Shown: positions 38,810-55,000 of the stretch, in pieces
How positions within the stretch are numbered: the stretch's first letter is position 1
Layout: each line of letters opens with the position of its first letter
Assembly: GCA_043228905.1 (NCBI GenBank)
Contig: JBHGNT010000005.1
Coordinates: 7,750,001-7,814,000 of the forward strand
Origin: Azolla caroliniana
Taxonomy: Eukaryota; Plantae; Polypodiophyta
Direction: 5' to 3'
DNA length: 64,000 nt
Position numbers and translations under genes: made by a program
Notes under the pieces: generated by a model
Database searches by the model: none
Told to the model about the DNA's origin: nothing
What the model saw: the letters and a program-made list of their open reading frames with translations, nothing else

Positions 38810-41110
38810 GTATGGTTTTCACTCTTTTGTTGTTGATGAGGTAGAGAGAGAGAGATTGTGTTTGAGTATATACATGTGTTTGTGAGAGATATATTTTGCA
38901 TTTTCTAACATTTTTGGGAACTACGCATAATTCTTGTGAAATTCTTCCTCATGGAGTAGGGTGAGTTTGCAATCTCTGACACCCTATACAAACTAACCGT
39001 GGTTTTGTCATGGAAAAATGTCCTGAGAAACTCTCACAAATGGAAGATTGTCCTGAGAGATATGGAGATGTGGAGGGGGGAAATGAATTTTTCTTTTTAA
39101 ATGCTGTTTTGAAGAGGCGAAAATGCATAAAGCTCGAGAGTGATTTGAGAGCATGACAATACATCCCATCCTCGCTGCCTCTTACACGTGGTAGTTCTGT
39201 GTGGAGGAGGAAAAAGATGAGAGGTAGGGATATTATCTTAGAAAATATTATATTTTGTGTTAAGCAGAGTCAGATTAACGCAGTTGGGCACACATTAAGG
39301 AGGAGGGAGAAATATGTTGAGGCAAAAAACGATGAGGGATAAGATACCCTTTATGTGTTAAGGAAAATCAGAGTAACGTACCATATTAAAAGTAAGAAAC
39401 AAGAGAAACGAGACATATATCAGGGACATTATTATAACGCCATCCGTTAGGTACAGTGTAAAACTCAGTTTAAATCCATCTATTAGGGAGAGGGTGAGGT
39501 ACATTGTAAATAAATCTAGTACATTTTGAGGATCAAACAAAAACAAAAGTGAGTCAAGATCACATTGCAAGGAGGTAAATGAACCCAAATCATTTATCAG
39601 GTAAGAGAATAAGATACATTGTGAATGAATATAGCACAGGTTGATGAGTAGAAAACAAGAGTGAGAGAACAACAAAAATGAGACAAGTTCACATTGCAAG
39701 GAGGTGAAATGAACCCAAGACATCTATTGGGGATGTGAGTAAGATACATTGGATATGAATATCGTATGTTGATGAGTGAAAAAAGAGAGTGAGAGAAGAT
39801 CACACTGTGAGAGCCAGAAATGAAATGAAATGTTGTATCGACATCTTCAAGTTGACAAATTGACCTGTGATCTGTGTGTTGTGCATATGATTCTTATAGG
39901 ATGTATGATAAAACAAAGGGACATTGAATGGTAAACCTTGGGCAACCAATTGAATTTTACCTACACTAGGTAGCTGCCTTATATAATTAGGCTATGATGA
40001 AAGTATAATGATGGAACATTTGTAACATGTAATGTGGGGGGGATACAATCAGTTATATATATGGCAGTGGTGTTAGTTGAGTATCTGGATCAGCCCATGA
40101 ATGCTGCTGTCATATGATAATTCTGTATGAAATCAATATCCACTGTAGTCAACCACCTGGGGGATTTTACTTGATTTCAGGCAATGATGCCATGTATTCC
40201 CTCATGCATCCAAGATCTTTTATGAGAATTTAGAGAATGAGCAAGTGACATTGCAATACATCTGCCTTAAATGCGTGATGCAAGATGAGCTTTTATAACC
40301 ATATCATTTTATATTGTAAGATAAAGTGTCGTTGTAAAGCCATCTCCTTTTATATGTTAAGGAGGAGAAAGGAACACTATAAATCCATCTCTTTTTACAT
40401 GGTAAAGAAGAGAGGGAGACAGAAGATAAGAGCGAGAAGGATATTGTAATTTGTAAGAGGAACTGTGAGTCAGGATGACAATTATATTGTAATTTGTCAA
40501 ACTATCTATATTTGCTTATGAAGGTTGCGAAGACAGTGACACACTAATAACATCAATATCTATGAGTCAAAGGAGGAAAGCTTGGCACTTGACAGGAGAG
40601 TGGGGAATTGTTAAAAGCCATTGTTTATTATGTGTGAAATAGGGGAGATTACTTCTGATTTCTCCCTTCTCATAATGCGATTTTATTAAATCTATAATTG
40701 ATTCTTGAAACGAGAGCATTGGCTAGAGTTTTTTACAATTTGGTGCATTTTTACATGTTATAGGGGAGGGGGGACTTTAAACTCTCTCTCTCTCTCTGTG
40801 ACATTTAAGCTCTAAGCCAATGCATTTTCATATATAATGTATGGACGGGAAATAAGTTGAGAATCACATTATCACTATAATCACTCTCGAAAGCTATATT
40901 TATTGTACTGTAAGGTGACATAATAATGAAATTTTACTCTGTCTCTATGTGACATTAAAGCTGTAAGCGATCGCATTTTCACGTACAATGGAGGAACAAG
41001 AAATAAGTTGAGAATTACATTATCATTATATCACTCTCTAAAGTTATATTTATTATATTGTAAAGTTTTCATATCTTAGTGATACTAAAACTACTTTGAT
41101 TTCATTGTAG

Positions 41111-44833
<3,723 letters not shown>

Positions 44834-45710
44834 TAGCCACCACTGATTTTTTGTCTCTATTTATTGTTTTTCCGGTAGTTAACTTTATGCTTCATGGCTT
44901 ATGGAGTAGTGAGTGAAGAAGAGAGAATGCGGTTTAGTTAAAAAAGCTTTTTAGCCCTTTCTAGCCCTTACTGGTGGCCAAATCTCTACTTGTGATCTGG
45001 ATTTATCAGCTGTGTAGGATAATTTTGGTTTTTAAAATTCATTCTTTGCAGATCTTAATGGTTTATTTATGTGAACCATTTGTTTTCTGATTTGGGGCAA
45101 CAAATGTACAACTTCATGGTGTAAGGTCTTTGTGTTAACTTCATGTCAAAGTGTGGGTTGGGGCAACAAATGTATTGACTTCATGGATCAAAGTTCAATG
45201 TATATAAGCGATTTGTTTTCTGGTTTGGGTTAACACTTGTATACGTTCATGGAGGAGATTCTAAGGTTTTTTTGGGTGTAATCTGCACTTAAACGTTTAC
45301 TTGCCTATTTTTTTGTTGTATAAAGACGAAATGCATTTTGTTCTGAACTAATTTGTTATACTTTATATTTTCTTAGGTTATTCAAGTTTTTCTAAACATT
45401 AGACAAAATCGTTAATTTAAAATGAATTAACTTGGGTACCAAATTTGAAATCTTAACTCTGCCAATAGCAAGAGGTATTTGTGAAGTTCTTAGTCTTCTA
45501 GTTAAATGCACAGGCTCTTGCCAATAAGTCATTCAACCTTGGTCTTAGTAATGCTGGTGATGTTGAAGGTTAAGATGAGTGAAATTGATGATCAATATTC
45601 AATAATATGTTGATGTGTGAATCAAGCGTTGAACATAGCTACAGCTGACCGAGCTATGTGAAGATGAGGTTGAGAATGGGATGCAAGTGCCTACCTTATA
45701 TGTACATTAG

Positions 45711-46645
45711 AGAGACAAGCACGCTAGAGTCTTTTGCAGACTTTATCATCATTTGGCAATTTATAGAAGGGACCTCAGTGGTCATTGCTTGTGCTGGCCA
45801 CAACACATCACTTACCATAGATGTATCCACTTTCAACATGCCTAGGAGTCACCATTGGGTGAGCAAAGGAATGCCGCCAATGATGATGTAGAATTTGTTA
45901 ATTGAAATACAAGGCACACAACCCATACTAACACTAGGTCATGGATATCATTGCTCACCATGTCTGCTTAATGTTATTGATGAACTTTCCAATTAGTCGA
46001 TCAGGAGACAAGGATGCTAGAGTCTTTTGCAAACTTTATCCGCATTTGACAATTTATAGAAGGGACCTCACTGATCATCACTTGTGCTAGCTTCAAAAGT
46101 GATAGGGAATCAACCTTGATATTAGCACATGGGATGCAATGCCCACAACACATTACTTACTATAGATGTACCTCCACTTCAACATGCGTAGGAGTCACCA
46201 TTGAGTGAGTGAGCCAAGGAATGCCACCAATGATAGATGTAGACTATGACAATTGGCATACAATGCACATGGCCCATACTAACACTATGTTAGAGCTAGC
46301 TACTAATGTAAGCATATGATAAGGATTTAATGAGTTGACCCACCACAATGACGGAGTCTCGACGTAGTCGATAATGTCCCAAATGAGGGTAGCTAGTCCT
46401 CGTATTTATAGCCAGACCTAAGGCCCCCAGGCAAGTTCACACTTGACCTAATGGGTTGTCCCAATCCCAAGGATTAAAAGTAATCCTTTCCTTTGTTACA
46501 CTCTTGTTTAACCCTCACACTTTATCCACATGTATAGAATACTACGATAAAACTTACCGCAGGATATGGTCATGCCCATAACACATTAGGCTATGGATAT
46601 AAAATTGCTCACCATGTCTGCTTAATGTTATTGACGAACTTTTCA
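45711..46645. repeat. Diverged ~280-bp direct duplication; second copy interrupted by a solo LTR
   Basis: GAGACAAG..GCTAGAGTCTTTTGCA..GTTATTGA(T/C)GAACTTT at ~45711-45990 and ~46006-46645. Confidence 0.8.
46288..46583 (-). mobile_element. Solo LTR, same family as 18604-19059
   Basis: TGTTAG...ATAACA termini, TSD CACTA/CATTA; the empty site (AACACTAGG) survives in the upstream repeat copy; reverse complement matches both ends of the 18604 LTR. Confidence 0.8.
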
Positions 46646-47698
46646 CGTTCCCACCAACATCTCCTACCATGTCTCACCAACACATTGTAGTAATGCTCTT
46701 CATAGTTTTGGATAATCTAAGGAATAATTACCGAATTGTTTGGTCTAGATGTGGCTTTGATTAAACCGCGCATTCCCCTAATATGTCTCATCACAAGCCA
46801 TTGAACTACGTACAACCTTATCTAATCACCCAATATTTTGCTCACGCTTGCAGCACACACAAGTCTTTTTTGACAAAACTTCTTGTTATTTTTTCTTTTC
46901 TTTGGGCAGCATCAAATTCAAACCAAGACTTTCGAGTTGTTGTAAATTGACCTTGTGTATGAATGGGGAAGCCGAGAATTTCTCTTCTCTTGGAATTGAA
47001 GCCACAAATTACAATATCATCAGAGTGTATAACTTCCTTCAAATTGTCAGGTATGAGTCCCTATCAGAAGAAGGGTATATATATATATAGGGACCTCTCT
47101 TCTTTCAAGCACATCATCTTCAACCCCTCAACTGTCTCCCTGTTTCTTCAGGTATTTACTCTTGTTTCTTTGCTTTCCTCTCTGTTGTGAATCTCTCTGT
47201 TCTTGTTTTCTTGTTTCATTTACCCATTATGATGTGATGATGTTGGTATCATGTCATGGCCTTCTTTAGAAAGCATGAAGGGACTCTTAATGCTCTTCTA
47301 CAGCTGCTATAGTCGTAGAAAGTATACACAATACCAATGTCAGCAACTGTAATCAATGACATCTTATGCAAAAGTATGCGCTACTCAATACCATTGCTTA
47401 CAAATGCATTCAAGCAGAACTCATTATCTTATGCACAATGGCATCTCCTAAAGAAAACGAAGAGGGAGTATACTGGTTTAAAGAAACTTCTAAACTTAGC
47501 CAATTAAGGTATGTTTTGAGAGGAAGTATAGCTAATACAGATAAACTTCAAACCTCCTTGACAAGGTACAATGCTAAGAGATACCCACATGAAACATATA
47601 ATACTCCATACCTTTGTCTTAAATAAACTTTCAATATTACCCAACAAGATATAAGTGGAGATACCCAGAGGAAATATCCTCCATCCCGTGGACTTAAT

Positions 47699-49792
47699 TT
47701 GTTAAGTTACCTGACAAGATATATAATTGGTCATACTCATCCTATGGTGGTGCTTGAAGCATCTGGAGCATCGCCAATATGCCTGCCACCAGATATTCCA
47801 TCTATAGAGAGCATTATATTCACTCTCCGCAAGGTTCGAGAGAAGAGAAGTCCAGAGGGTGTCAAGAAAATGCATGTACATATAAGCAGCTATGGTTTGG
47901 ATTCTCATCTCGCTCTTGGAAACTACCTACTCTCGTTATATGTAGAATGTGGGCATCTATCTGATGCAGAACAGATATTTCGATCTTCAGTTGAGCGGAA
48001 CGAATATTCTTGGACATCTCTAATACAAGGCTATGTTGACGGTGGTAAACCCAAACTTGCCTTTGAAATGCTTGACGCTATGAAAGAGGAAGGTTTCTGT
48101 CCGAGCACTTACACATTTGTAGCATTGCTAAAAGCTTGTGGAAAGATGGATTGGGTAGAGAGAGGTCAAGAACTACATGCCGAGATTGTCGAGGAGGAGT
48201 TTAACCTGGATCTTTTTGTTGGCAGCAGTTTGGTTCACATGTATGTCAAATTTGGTATGCTGGATGAAGCACGAGATATTCTCGATAGTCTTCCGGAGCG
48301 AGATATAGTTTCATGGACTGCATTAATTACAGTTTATGTGGAACAAGGTTTGTGTAGTGAGGCTCTGCTTTGCTTGAAACAAATGCAACTTGAGGGCATG
48401 TCTCCTGATCCTGTGACTTATGTCTCTTGCTTGAAAGCTTGTGGCATCCTTGGAGATGCAGATAAGGGCTTGGAAATACATTCACACATTGTCATGATGG
48501 GTTTTGAGGAGAATCTCATTCTTAACAATGCTTTGATAGACATGTATGTGAAATGTGGATTGCTTACAAATGCCAGGGAGGTATTTGACAGGGTAAAATA
48601 CAAGGATATCATCACTTGGAATGCATTAGCTGCAGGATATGCAGAGTATGAACTTGGTGAAGAAGTATTAGACCTATTAGAAACAATGTGTTTGGAGAAG
48701 GTACAGCCAGATGAAATTACATACATTTGTGGATTAAAGGCTTGTAGCAGTATTGGAGACTCCAAGAGAGGACAGAGCTTGCATGCTGAAATTGTTAAAG
48801 AAGGGTTTGAAAGTGACCCATTTATTGGTAGCGCCTTGATTGATTTTTATGCTAAGTGTGGAGCACTTGCAGAAGCTCGTGAGACGTTTGATGAAATGCC
48901 TGTGCGAGATTTGGTAACATGGACTGCATTGACAACTGGTTATGCAAGCCATGGGCTTGATGAAGAAGTGCTTGCTTGTTTTTGTCAGATGAGACAAGAG
49001 GGTTTGCCTTTGGATATGATTTTGATAAATACGGTCATGTTTAACTATGCTGAGCAAGGAGAAATTGAGAAAACTCGCAAGTTGTATTTTCTTATGCAAG
49101 AACAAGGTTTATTACCAAATAACAGTGCCTTTGTGGGAATCCTCATAGCATGCGGCAACTCGGAGGCCCTTGAAATTGGGAAAAGGGTTCATGCTCAAGT
49201 CCACACTATGGGCCTCTCTGAACCTATTTTGGCTACTGCTATCCTTGATATGTATTGTAAGTGTGGGAGTATGAGCTATGCTCATCAGTTTTTTGATGTG
49301 CTTCCAACAAGAGGTGTTCCAATCTGGAATACATTGCTGACAGGATATGCTCACCATGGCATGGCTGAAATTGTTTTCCAATTGGTTGATCAAATGAACG
49401 AAGAATGCGTAGTGCCTGACAAAGTAACATTTCTTACCATTATCTCTGTTTGCAATCATTTGGGCCTAGTAGATAAAGGTCTTGAATACTTTGAGGGGAT
49501 GAAGAAGCATAGCATCATTCCAGCAATGAAGCACTACAGCTGTGTGGTTGATCTGCTTTGCCGTGTGGGAAGGCTAGAAGAGGCTGTGAGCATGGTGGAA
49601 AAGATGCCCATTCAACCAAATCTTGCGGTTTTGCACATTTTGTTGAGTGCATGCCACAAGTGGGGCAATGTAGAGATTGGAAGACGTGTATTTAATCATG
49701 CGATGCGCTTAGATGAGAATCATGGTGCAGCATATATTTTAATGTCCAACATATATGCAGATTCCAACATGTGGGAAAGTATGCTAGAGTGA
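47699..49792 (+). CDS. PLS-class pentatricopeptide repeat protein with partial E domain, no DYW
   Basis: Uninterrupted ORF of P-L-S triplets (SWTSLIQGY, TFVALLKAC, NALIDMYVKCG), HYSCVVDLLCRVGRL, LLSACHKWGN, YILMSNIYA, then stop. Start uncertain: the listed start is TTG, so either ATG 47743-region MVVLE or an upstream exon 47366-47508 spliced to 47719. Confidence 0.92.
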   Translation: MLSYLTRYIIGHTHPMVVLEASGASPICLPPDIPSIESIIFTLRKVREKRSPEGVKKMHVHISSYGLDSHLALGNYLLSLYVECGHLSDAEQIFRSSVERNEYSWTSLIQGYVDGGKPKLAFEMLDAMKEEGFCPSTYTFVALLKACGKMDWVERGQELHAEIVEEEFNLDLFVGSSLVHMYVKFGMLDEARDILDSLPERDIVSWTALITVYVEQGLCSEALLCLKQMQLEGMSPDPVTYVSCLKACGILGDADKGLEIHSHIVMMGFEENLILNNALIDMYVKCGLLTNAREVFDRVKYKDIITWNALAAGYAEYELGEEVLDLLETMCLEKVQPDEITYICGLKACSSIGDSKRGQSLHAEIVKEGFESDPFIGSALIDFYAKCGALAEARETFDEMPVRDLVTWTALTTGYASHGLDEEVLACFCQMRQEGLPLDMILINTVMFNYAEQGEIEKTRKLYFLMQEQGLLPNNSAFVGILIACGNSEALEIGKRVHAQVHTMGLSEPILATAILDMYCKCGSMSYAHQFFDVLPTRGVPIWNTLLTGYAHHGMAEIVFQLVDQMNEECVVPDKVTFLTIISVCNHLGLVDKGLEYFEGMKKHSIIPAMKHYSCVVDLLCRVGRLEEAVSMVEKMPIQPNLAVLHILLSACHKWGNVEIGRRVFNHAMRLDENHGAAYILMSNIYADSNMWESMLE

Positions 49793-50121
49793 AATAACTA
49801 GTGCAGGCATGTAAGGATTAGATGATAGTGCCAATGCGCATATAAGGTTGTTGGTCAAATTTAATGCCATGAAGGTAGATCGTATTGTTGGTCTTGTTTG
49901 TAGTCATTATTACCTTAGCTACCATAGCAAACTTCATAGAAACTCAATTTCTTTAAATATTATGTTCTCTAATCAATTTCTGAATACTGCATTAGCATTA
50001 TTGTGGCTAGAAGATGGCTCTACTGACTATGAATTATTTGAATACATTGTGCAAGAATAAATGAGCTGCACAAACATTTTTGATCAGCAGAAATATGTAC
50101 AACTCTTATGCAAAGGCTTTT

Positions 50122-50265
50122 ACTGGTAAGAAAGACTTGGAAGGTAATCAGAAATTTATGTTGATTGTGTATATGCACTTGGTTTGGAAGTAACTGGTAA
50201 GAAAGCCTTGGCAGGTAATCAGAAATCTATGTTGATTGTGTATGTGCACTTGGTCTGGAAGTGGA
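50122..50265. repeat. Two-copy ~71-bp tandem repeat between convergent PPR and bHLH genes
   Basis: ACTGGTAAGAAAG(A/C)CTTGG(A/C)AGGTAATCAGAAAT..GCACTTGGT(T/C)TGGAAGT occurs twice. Confidence 0.85.
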
Positions 50266-50714
50266 CTGTGACCTGAGCCATGTGAACCATAAATCCATGA
50301 AAATCATAAACAATTGAAACGAGTTATAATCAATTAATCAAATATACACAAGAGAACTTAACTCGGTTTTTAATTAGATGGTGAGAGTGGGGTGAAGAGC
50401 TGGCGAACACAAATGAGAAAAAGGATATAAAGTGTCGATTTGTAATCTATGCCAAATATAGGAAGCTGAATGTCTGATTTCTAACAGCAAGTTTCTCGAG
50501 GTGCTCCACATAACTAGCAAGATATGATGGGGGGAACAAGGAGTACGTACCAGTGGATTTAGATTTATTTTTTTCCATGAAGGAAAGGCTCCACTTTCTC
50601 TCATATTTCTTTTGGAAGTTCAGCTCTATGAACTTATAATTTCCAGAATCTCATAACTTTAGGTCCTAATCCACATGGGAATAAATCACCGTGGGAGAAT
50701 GTCTAAAAGACTGA

Positions 50715-51365
50715 CTACTTCATCGAAGTTTGCTGATCAGTGTTGATGAAATCCTTCCATTTCTCACATATAGTGTCACTTCTTAGGACTAATTCCGGGT
50801 CTACACCATGATATAACTGCCAAACCTGATGCTGGAGAAACCTCACATATTCTAGGGTTTGTCCAAGCATGGAAACAGTATCAAGCTTCCCTGCATTTGG
50901 CACAAGGCTCTGGAGGATTCGAATTCGAGCACTGAATCGCTCTCTCCTACGTCGTGCCGCTATGCTTTGTGGATCCATTGCTGTCCCTATATGGTGATGC
51001 CTAGTTCTCCTCACCTTAGAAGGAGGGAGGTTGATGAATATATTCAATTCTTCATCTAGAGAAGAATGCTCATCTTCTTGTATGATATTGGAGTAATAAT
51101 CAAATCCTTCATAGTGAATACTACCCCTTTCGACCTCATTATGTGAAGGTGGTGGCTGCGGATTGTTTAATGATGCATAGCTTGTGTCAACAAGACATTG
51201 TAACTCATTGATGGGCACCTTTGGATATTCAACAATGCAATTGATCATCTGATCACTATTACTGTTGCTCTCAAGGAGTACTGGTGAGGATAATTTTGGG
51301 GCTGGATATGGATGGTGCGCATTGAATATGGAAGCTAAGCTACCAGGGTTTGGAGTAGACTCCAT
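50715..51365 (-). CDS. Intronless bHLH transcription factor, subfamily VIII (VIIIa BONOBO-like or VIIIb HECATE-like), 216 aa
   Basis: DPQSIAARRRRERFSARIRILQSLVPNAGKLDTVSMLGQTLEYVRFLQHQVW: DPQS.AAR.RR basic region and K.DT.SML loop/helix 2 are subfamily VIII hallmarks. Confidence 0.9.
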   Translation of the reverse strand: MESTPNPGSLASIFNAHHPYPAPKLSSPVLLESNSNSDQMINCIVEYPKVPINELQCLVDTSYASLNNPQPPPSHNEVERGSIHYEGFDYYSNIIQEDEHSSLDEELNIFINLPPSKVRRTRHHHIGTAMDPQSIAARRRRERFSARIRILQSLVPNAGKLDTVSMLGQTLEYVRFLQHQVWQLYHGVDPELVLRSDTICEKWKDFINTDQQTSMK

Positions 51366-51776
51366 ATATCATTTTGGAGTAGACTTCCCTGCAAGGTATG
51401 ATAAAGTATAATGATGGAACAGTAGTTCTTAGGGTTTCTACTATGGCGGAGAAATAGGCATGGGATGAGCAGGGGAAAGGATTGGGATTAGGAAGTGAGT
51501 ATTATAAGGGCAATATGGTGGTTTCTATTTGATGCAAAATATAATCAATGAGTATGGAGTAAACTTGAAGCAAGGTATTATATTATATTTGTAAAGCCAT
51601 ACATGAAGGAAAAAAGGGGTCTTAAGGATCAGAGTAGAACAGAGGTGAAACAAAAAATCTTTGGAAAGAGCAATGGCATTCAATGGTTCTGGATCCAATG
51701 CAAAAAACAAGAACAAAGAGAAAAACCACTCTCTTAACTCTCCACAAACAAAGGTTGTATCACTTGTGTTCAAAAT

Positions 51777-52058
51777 AAGCACATTCCACTCTCCATGGAT
51801 TACTCAGATTTACACTCGGATTCTACATACTATGCTAGGATCAGAACTATTACCTAAAAATGATGGCTAGTGAGCTTATTCTCCACTGGAGAAATGTTGG
51901 AAAAAAATGTTGGGTCCATACGATCAAGCACATTCCACTCTCCATGGATCACTCAACTTTATACTCGGATTCTACATACTATAGTAGGATCAGAATTATT
52001 ACCTAAACATGAGGGCAAGTGGGGATCATTCTCCACTGCAAAAATGTTGGAAAAAAAC
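51777..52058. repeat. Two-copy ~149-bp tandem duplication upstream of the bHLH gene
   Basis: AAGCACATTCCACTCTCCATGGAT...AAATGTTGGAAAAAAA at 51777 and 51926. Confidence 0.85.
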
Positions 52059-55000
52059 TTGTGCCCTTAAAGATCCCTTTCCGTTGGTATGTGAAGCATC
52101 ACATGTAGAATACCATATTCGTGCACTTTGAGAAAACATGAGGGATCTTTCTCACATGACAATGTCTAATAAACTCTTATATGTTAGACCATGCTCTCTT
52201 GTGAGATTGTATTGATTAAATAACACTCTACTTGAATCTCAGACATTTATGTTGTATGCAACATCATGGATAAATGATATGGATATATTATGTATATATT
52301 GCTTGCATCGATTTGTCTTTTTGACACTTACAATTTTCGACAAAGTATGAAGTAATGCTTAACAAGGTAAGTATGTTTTTCAATAATCGTAAAAACAACT
52401 TGCACTACATAAATTTACTTAACAATATCCAAGAAATCTTGACATCTTCCATTTGTTCATATTTCTAAAAACTGAAGTTTTTTATTCCATGTTCCCTTAC
52501 CAAACTTTTCATATTGTATACCCACTCCAAGGACAATGCTCTTCTAACTTTTCTCCTTAATGCTCTCTTTAAATCCATGTGTGCAAAACGATATCATTTT
52601 TTGTAGCTACCCTTGATCTTCCATAATTTAAAAATCGAAGATGTTATGATCATCAAAAACTCAAAAACACACAACTTACATACAAACACCTATTGGACTT
52701 GTAGAAAATTACTATTGCACAAAATCAGATAATCGGATTATATAATCAATTTCCCCTTAGAATATGCGAAAGTCTCAATTCTCAAAACCTTTGTCATATG
52801 TGATTCCTCGATTGTGACACTCAATTCAATGATATGATAGTGATTTATCCTTAAAATGCATCGGAGACATTGTTTGCCTTTGAATTTACTAATAATTTTA
52901 CATACCAATGGTGCACAGGGTAACCAAAACGTAGATGCAGGGAAGCATATCCTTAATAGAAGGGTAAATATAAATTCTACCCATTGTAAATATTAAATAC
53001 ATCATTAATGTACATTAGTGATAAACCATCTTGATTGATCAAATTCACACTCTACTTCACTTACAAGTCACATGCTTACCCCCCCCCCCCCCTCCTCTGT
53101 GTGTATGTGTAGCTAAAATTGAGAGAGCAAGGACTAATTTGAGAGAGATAGATTATTAGAGGGGTAATTGTGATATATTCAAAATAACAAGGGGTGGAAA
53201 TGGTATTAACCTTATCACATGGCTATCCTTAGTTTTGTTATTTCTAACCAATCCACTTATCAAGAAACTTTAAATAGAAAAAGACCAATAAAAAATATGA
53301 ACTAGTTCGGCAAAAACCTATTGTTTATGCTACATCAATATTTCGTAGCCGAATTGTTTTCATTTTGAGAGATATGATAACAAAGAGAGAAATAAAATAA
53401 GAATTGCAAGTACAAAGTCCAACTCAATTAAGAACTTGACAATGACCAAGATACATGTGCCTCGAAATTGATACGTAAAGTAGGTGCCAACTTGTGATAG
53501 TTGGTGCAACTTTCTATGCAAGAGGTGAGAGCTCCAATCAAGTATATATTGAATTATTTGTGAAATTAAAAGGTCAATATTTTAACATTAGAACTATTGA
53601 CCCCATAATGATTGGAAATTCATGCAATGATAGTGTTAGGTGTTGCCTAACATGTTCTACGTCTCCTCACATGCTAGGATAAAATGGAACTTAGTTGGCT
53701 AAGTGATGTATTGACTATGATTCACATAGACAATTCCAAGAATCAATAGTTTGCTTGGAAATGTAAGTGCATACCACAATGCACTGGAAAGTATCAAGCA
53801 AGTACCTTGGACTGGGGTCTGTGCTATATATAAAATCTTGAAATTGTAACACTACTGGAATAAGGGAAAATAGAAGAATGAATGGATATGCACAAGAAGG
53901 TAGCAAACTCTTATATATCCATGGACCATGTGCATCGTGTCTAGACCACAAGTACACATATTGTACCTATAAACCAACTCCTAAATTTGTCATAAAAAAT
54001 CTTATCTCTTGATTCATGTTTGTTTTGCGAGCGGTCTCCTGTGCTTCATTGGAGGACAAATATAATTAGTAAATTTAGGGCTTCCTCAAGGGAATGTCCA
54101 TAGCCCAACTCCATATTAAACATGCGTGATGGGCTCATAGGCCCAAGTGCTTTTCTTGAAACACACTACATGATCATAAGTGTCTTTGTACCCTAGGAAT
54201 TTTAGGACCAACATACTAATCTGGGTCGACTTACCACTCTCACTTGTGGATCAACTAATTATTTAAAGAGTAGTAAGCAATAGAATTAAAATAGAAAAAT
54301 AACTTGTGGTTGAACTAGTGTTATTATCTATTTTAATGCTAGTGCTAATTTTGTGTTGGTCATGGAAGTTTCTTGGAGACCATTCTCTAGGGTGAGTAGT
54401 GTGTTCTTGGCTAACGTTAGCACACTATACTTTCCTTGATAGAGCCAATGAGATGTCTCTTGTAAAAATCTATTTTACCTCTTCAAATGTTAGTGGGGGT
54501 TGTGTGTTGCCAAGTCTACTATTACCTAGAAGCAAACCTTCAATGATAAGAGATTATTATGACACCTATTCAAGAAATAGAACATTGAATTTTTTAGGCG
54601 GACTAGAGATATACCTCTTTTTTGACAACTTTGATTTCCTAGAAGACACCCTTTTCATTATGTCATAATATGCCGTCATCTATATTAACATATCATCATA
54701 TTTAGGGGTTGTAGCAGCCAAAGTGCTAGTTGAGCCATGTTGACTAACATCTTTGCTTTGGTTTAAGTCTAGTTGTGCTTTCACTTACTTTTCATAACTT
54801 TGATTGCTTGCCTTGGGAAGTCCTTGTAGCAACACCAAATTAAATGTGTTGGCTCAAGATGGGTACACTATGTGCATGTCTTAACCTTCATCAATTTTAT
54901 GCCTCCTTGTTGCGATTGTGTGCGGAGCTAGAATATTATCCATATTGCTAGCAATATGGGTAGGAATGATCATTAATCATTCCTAATCTACAAACTCAGG

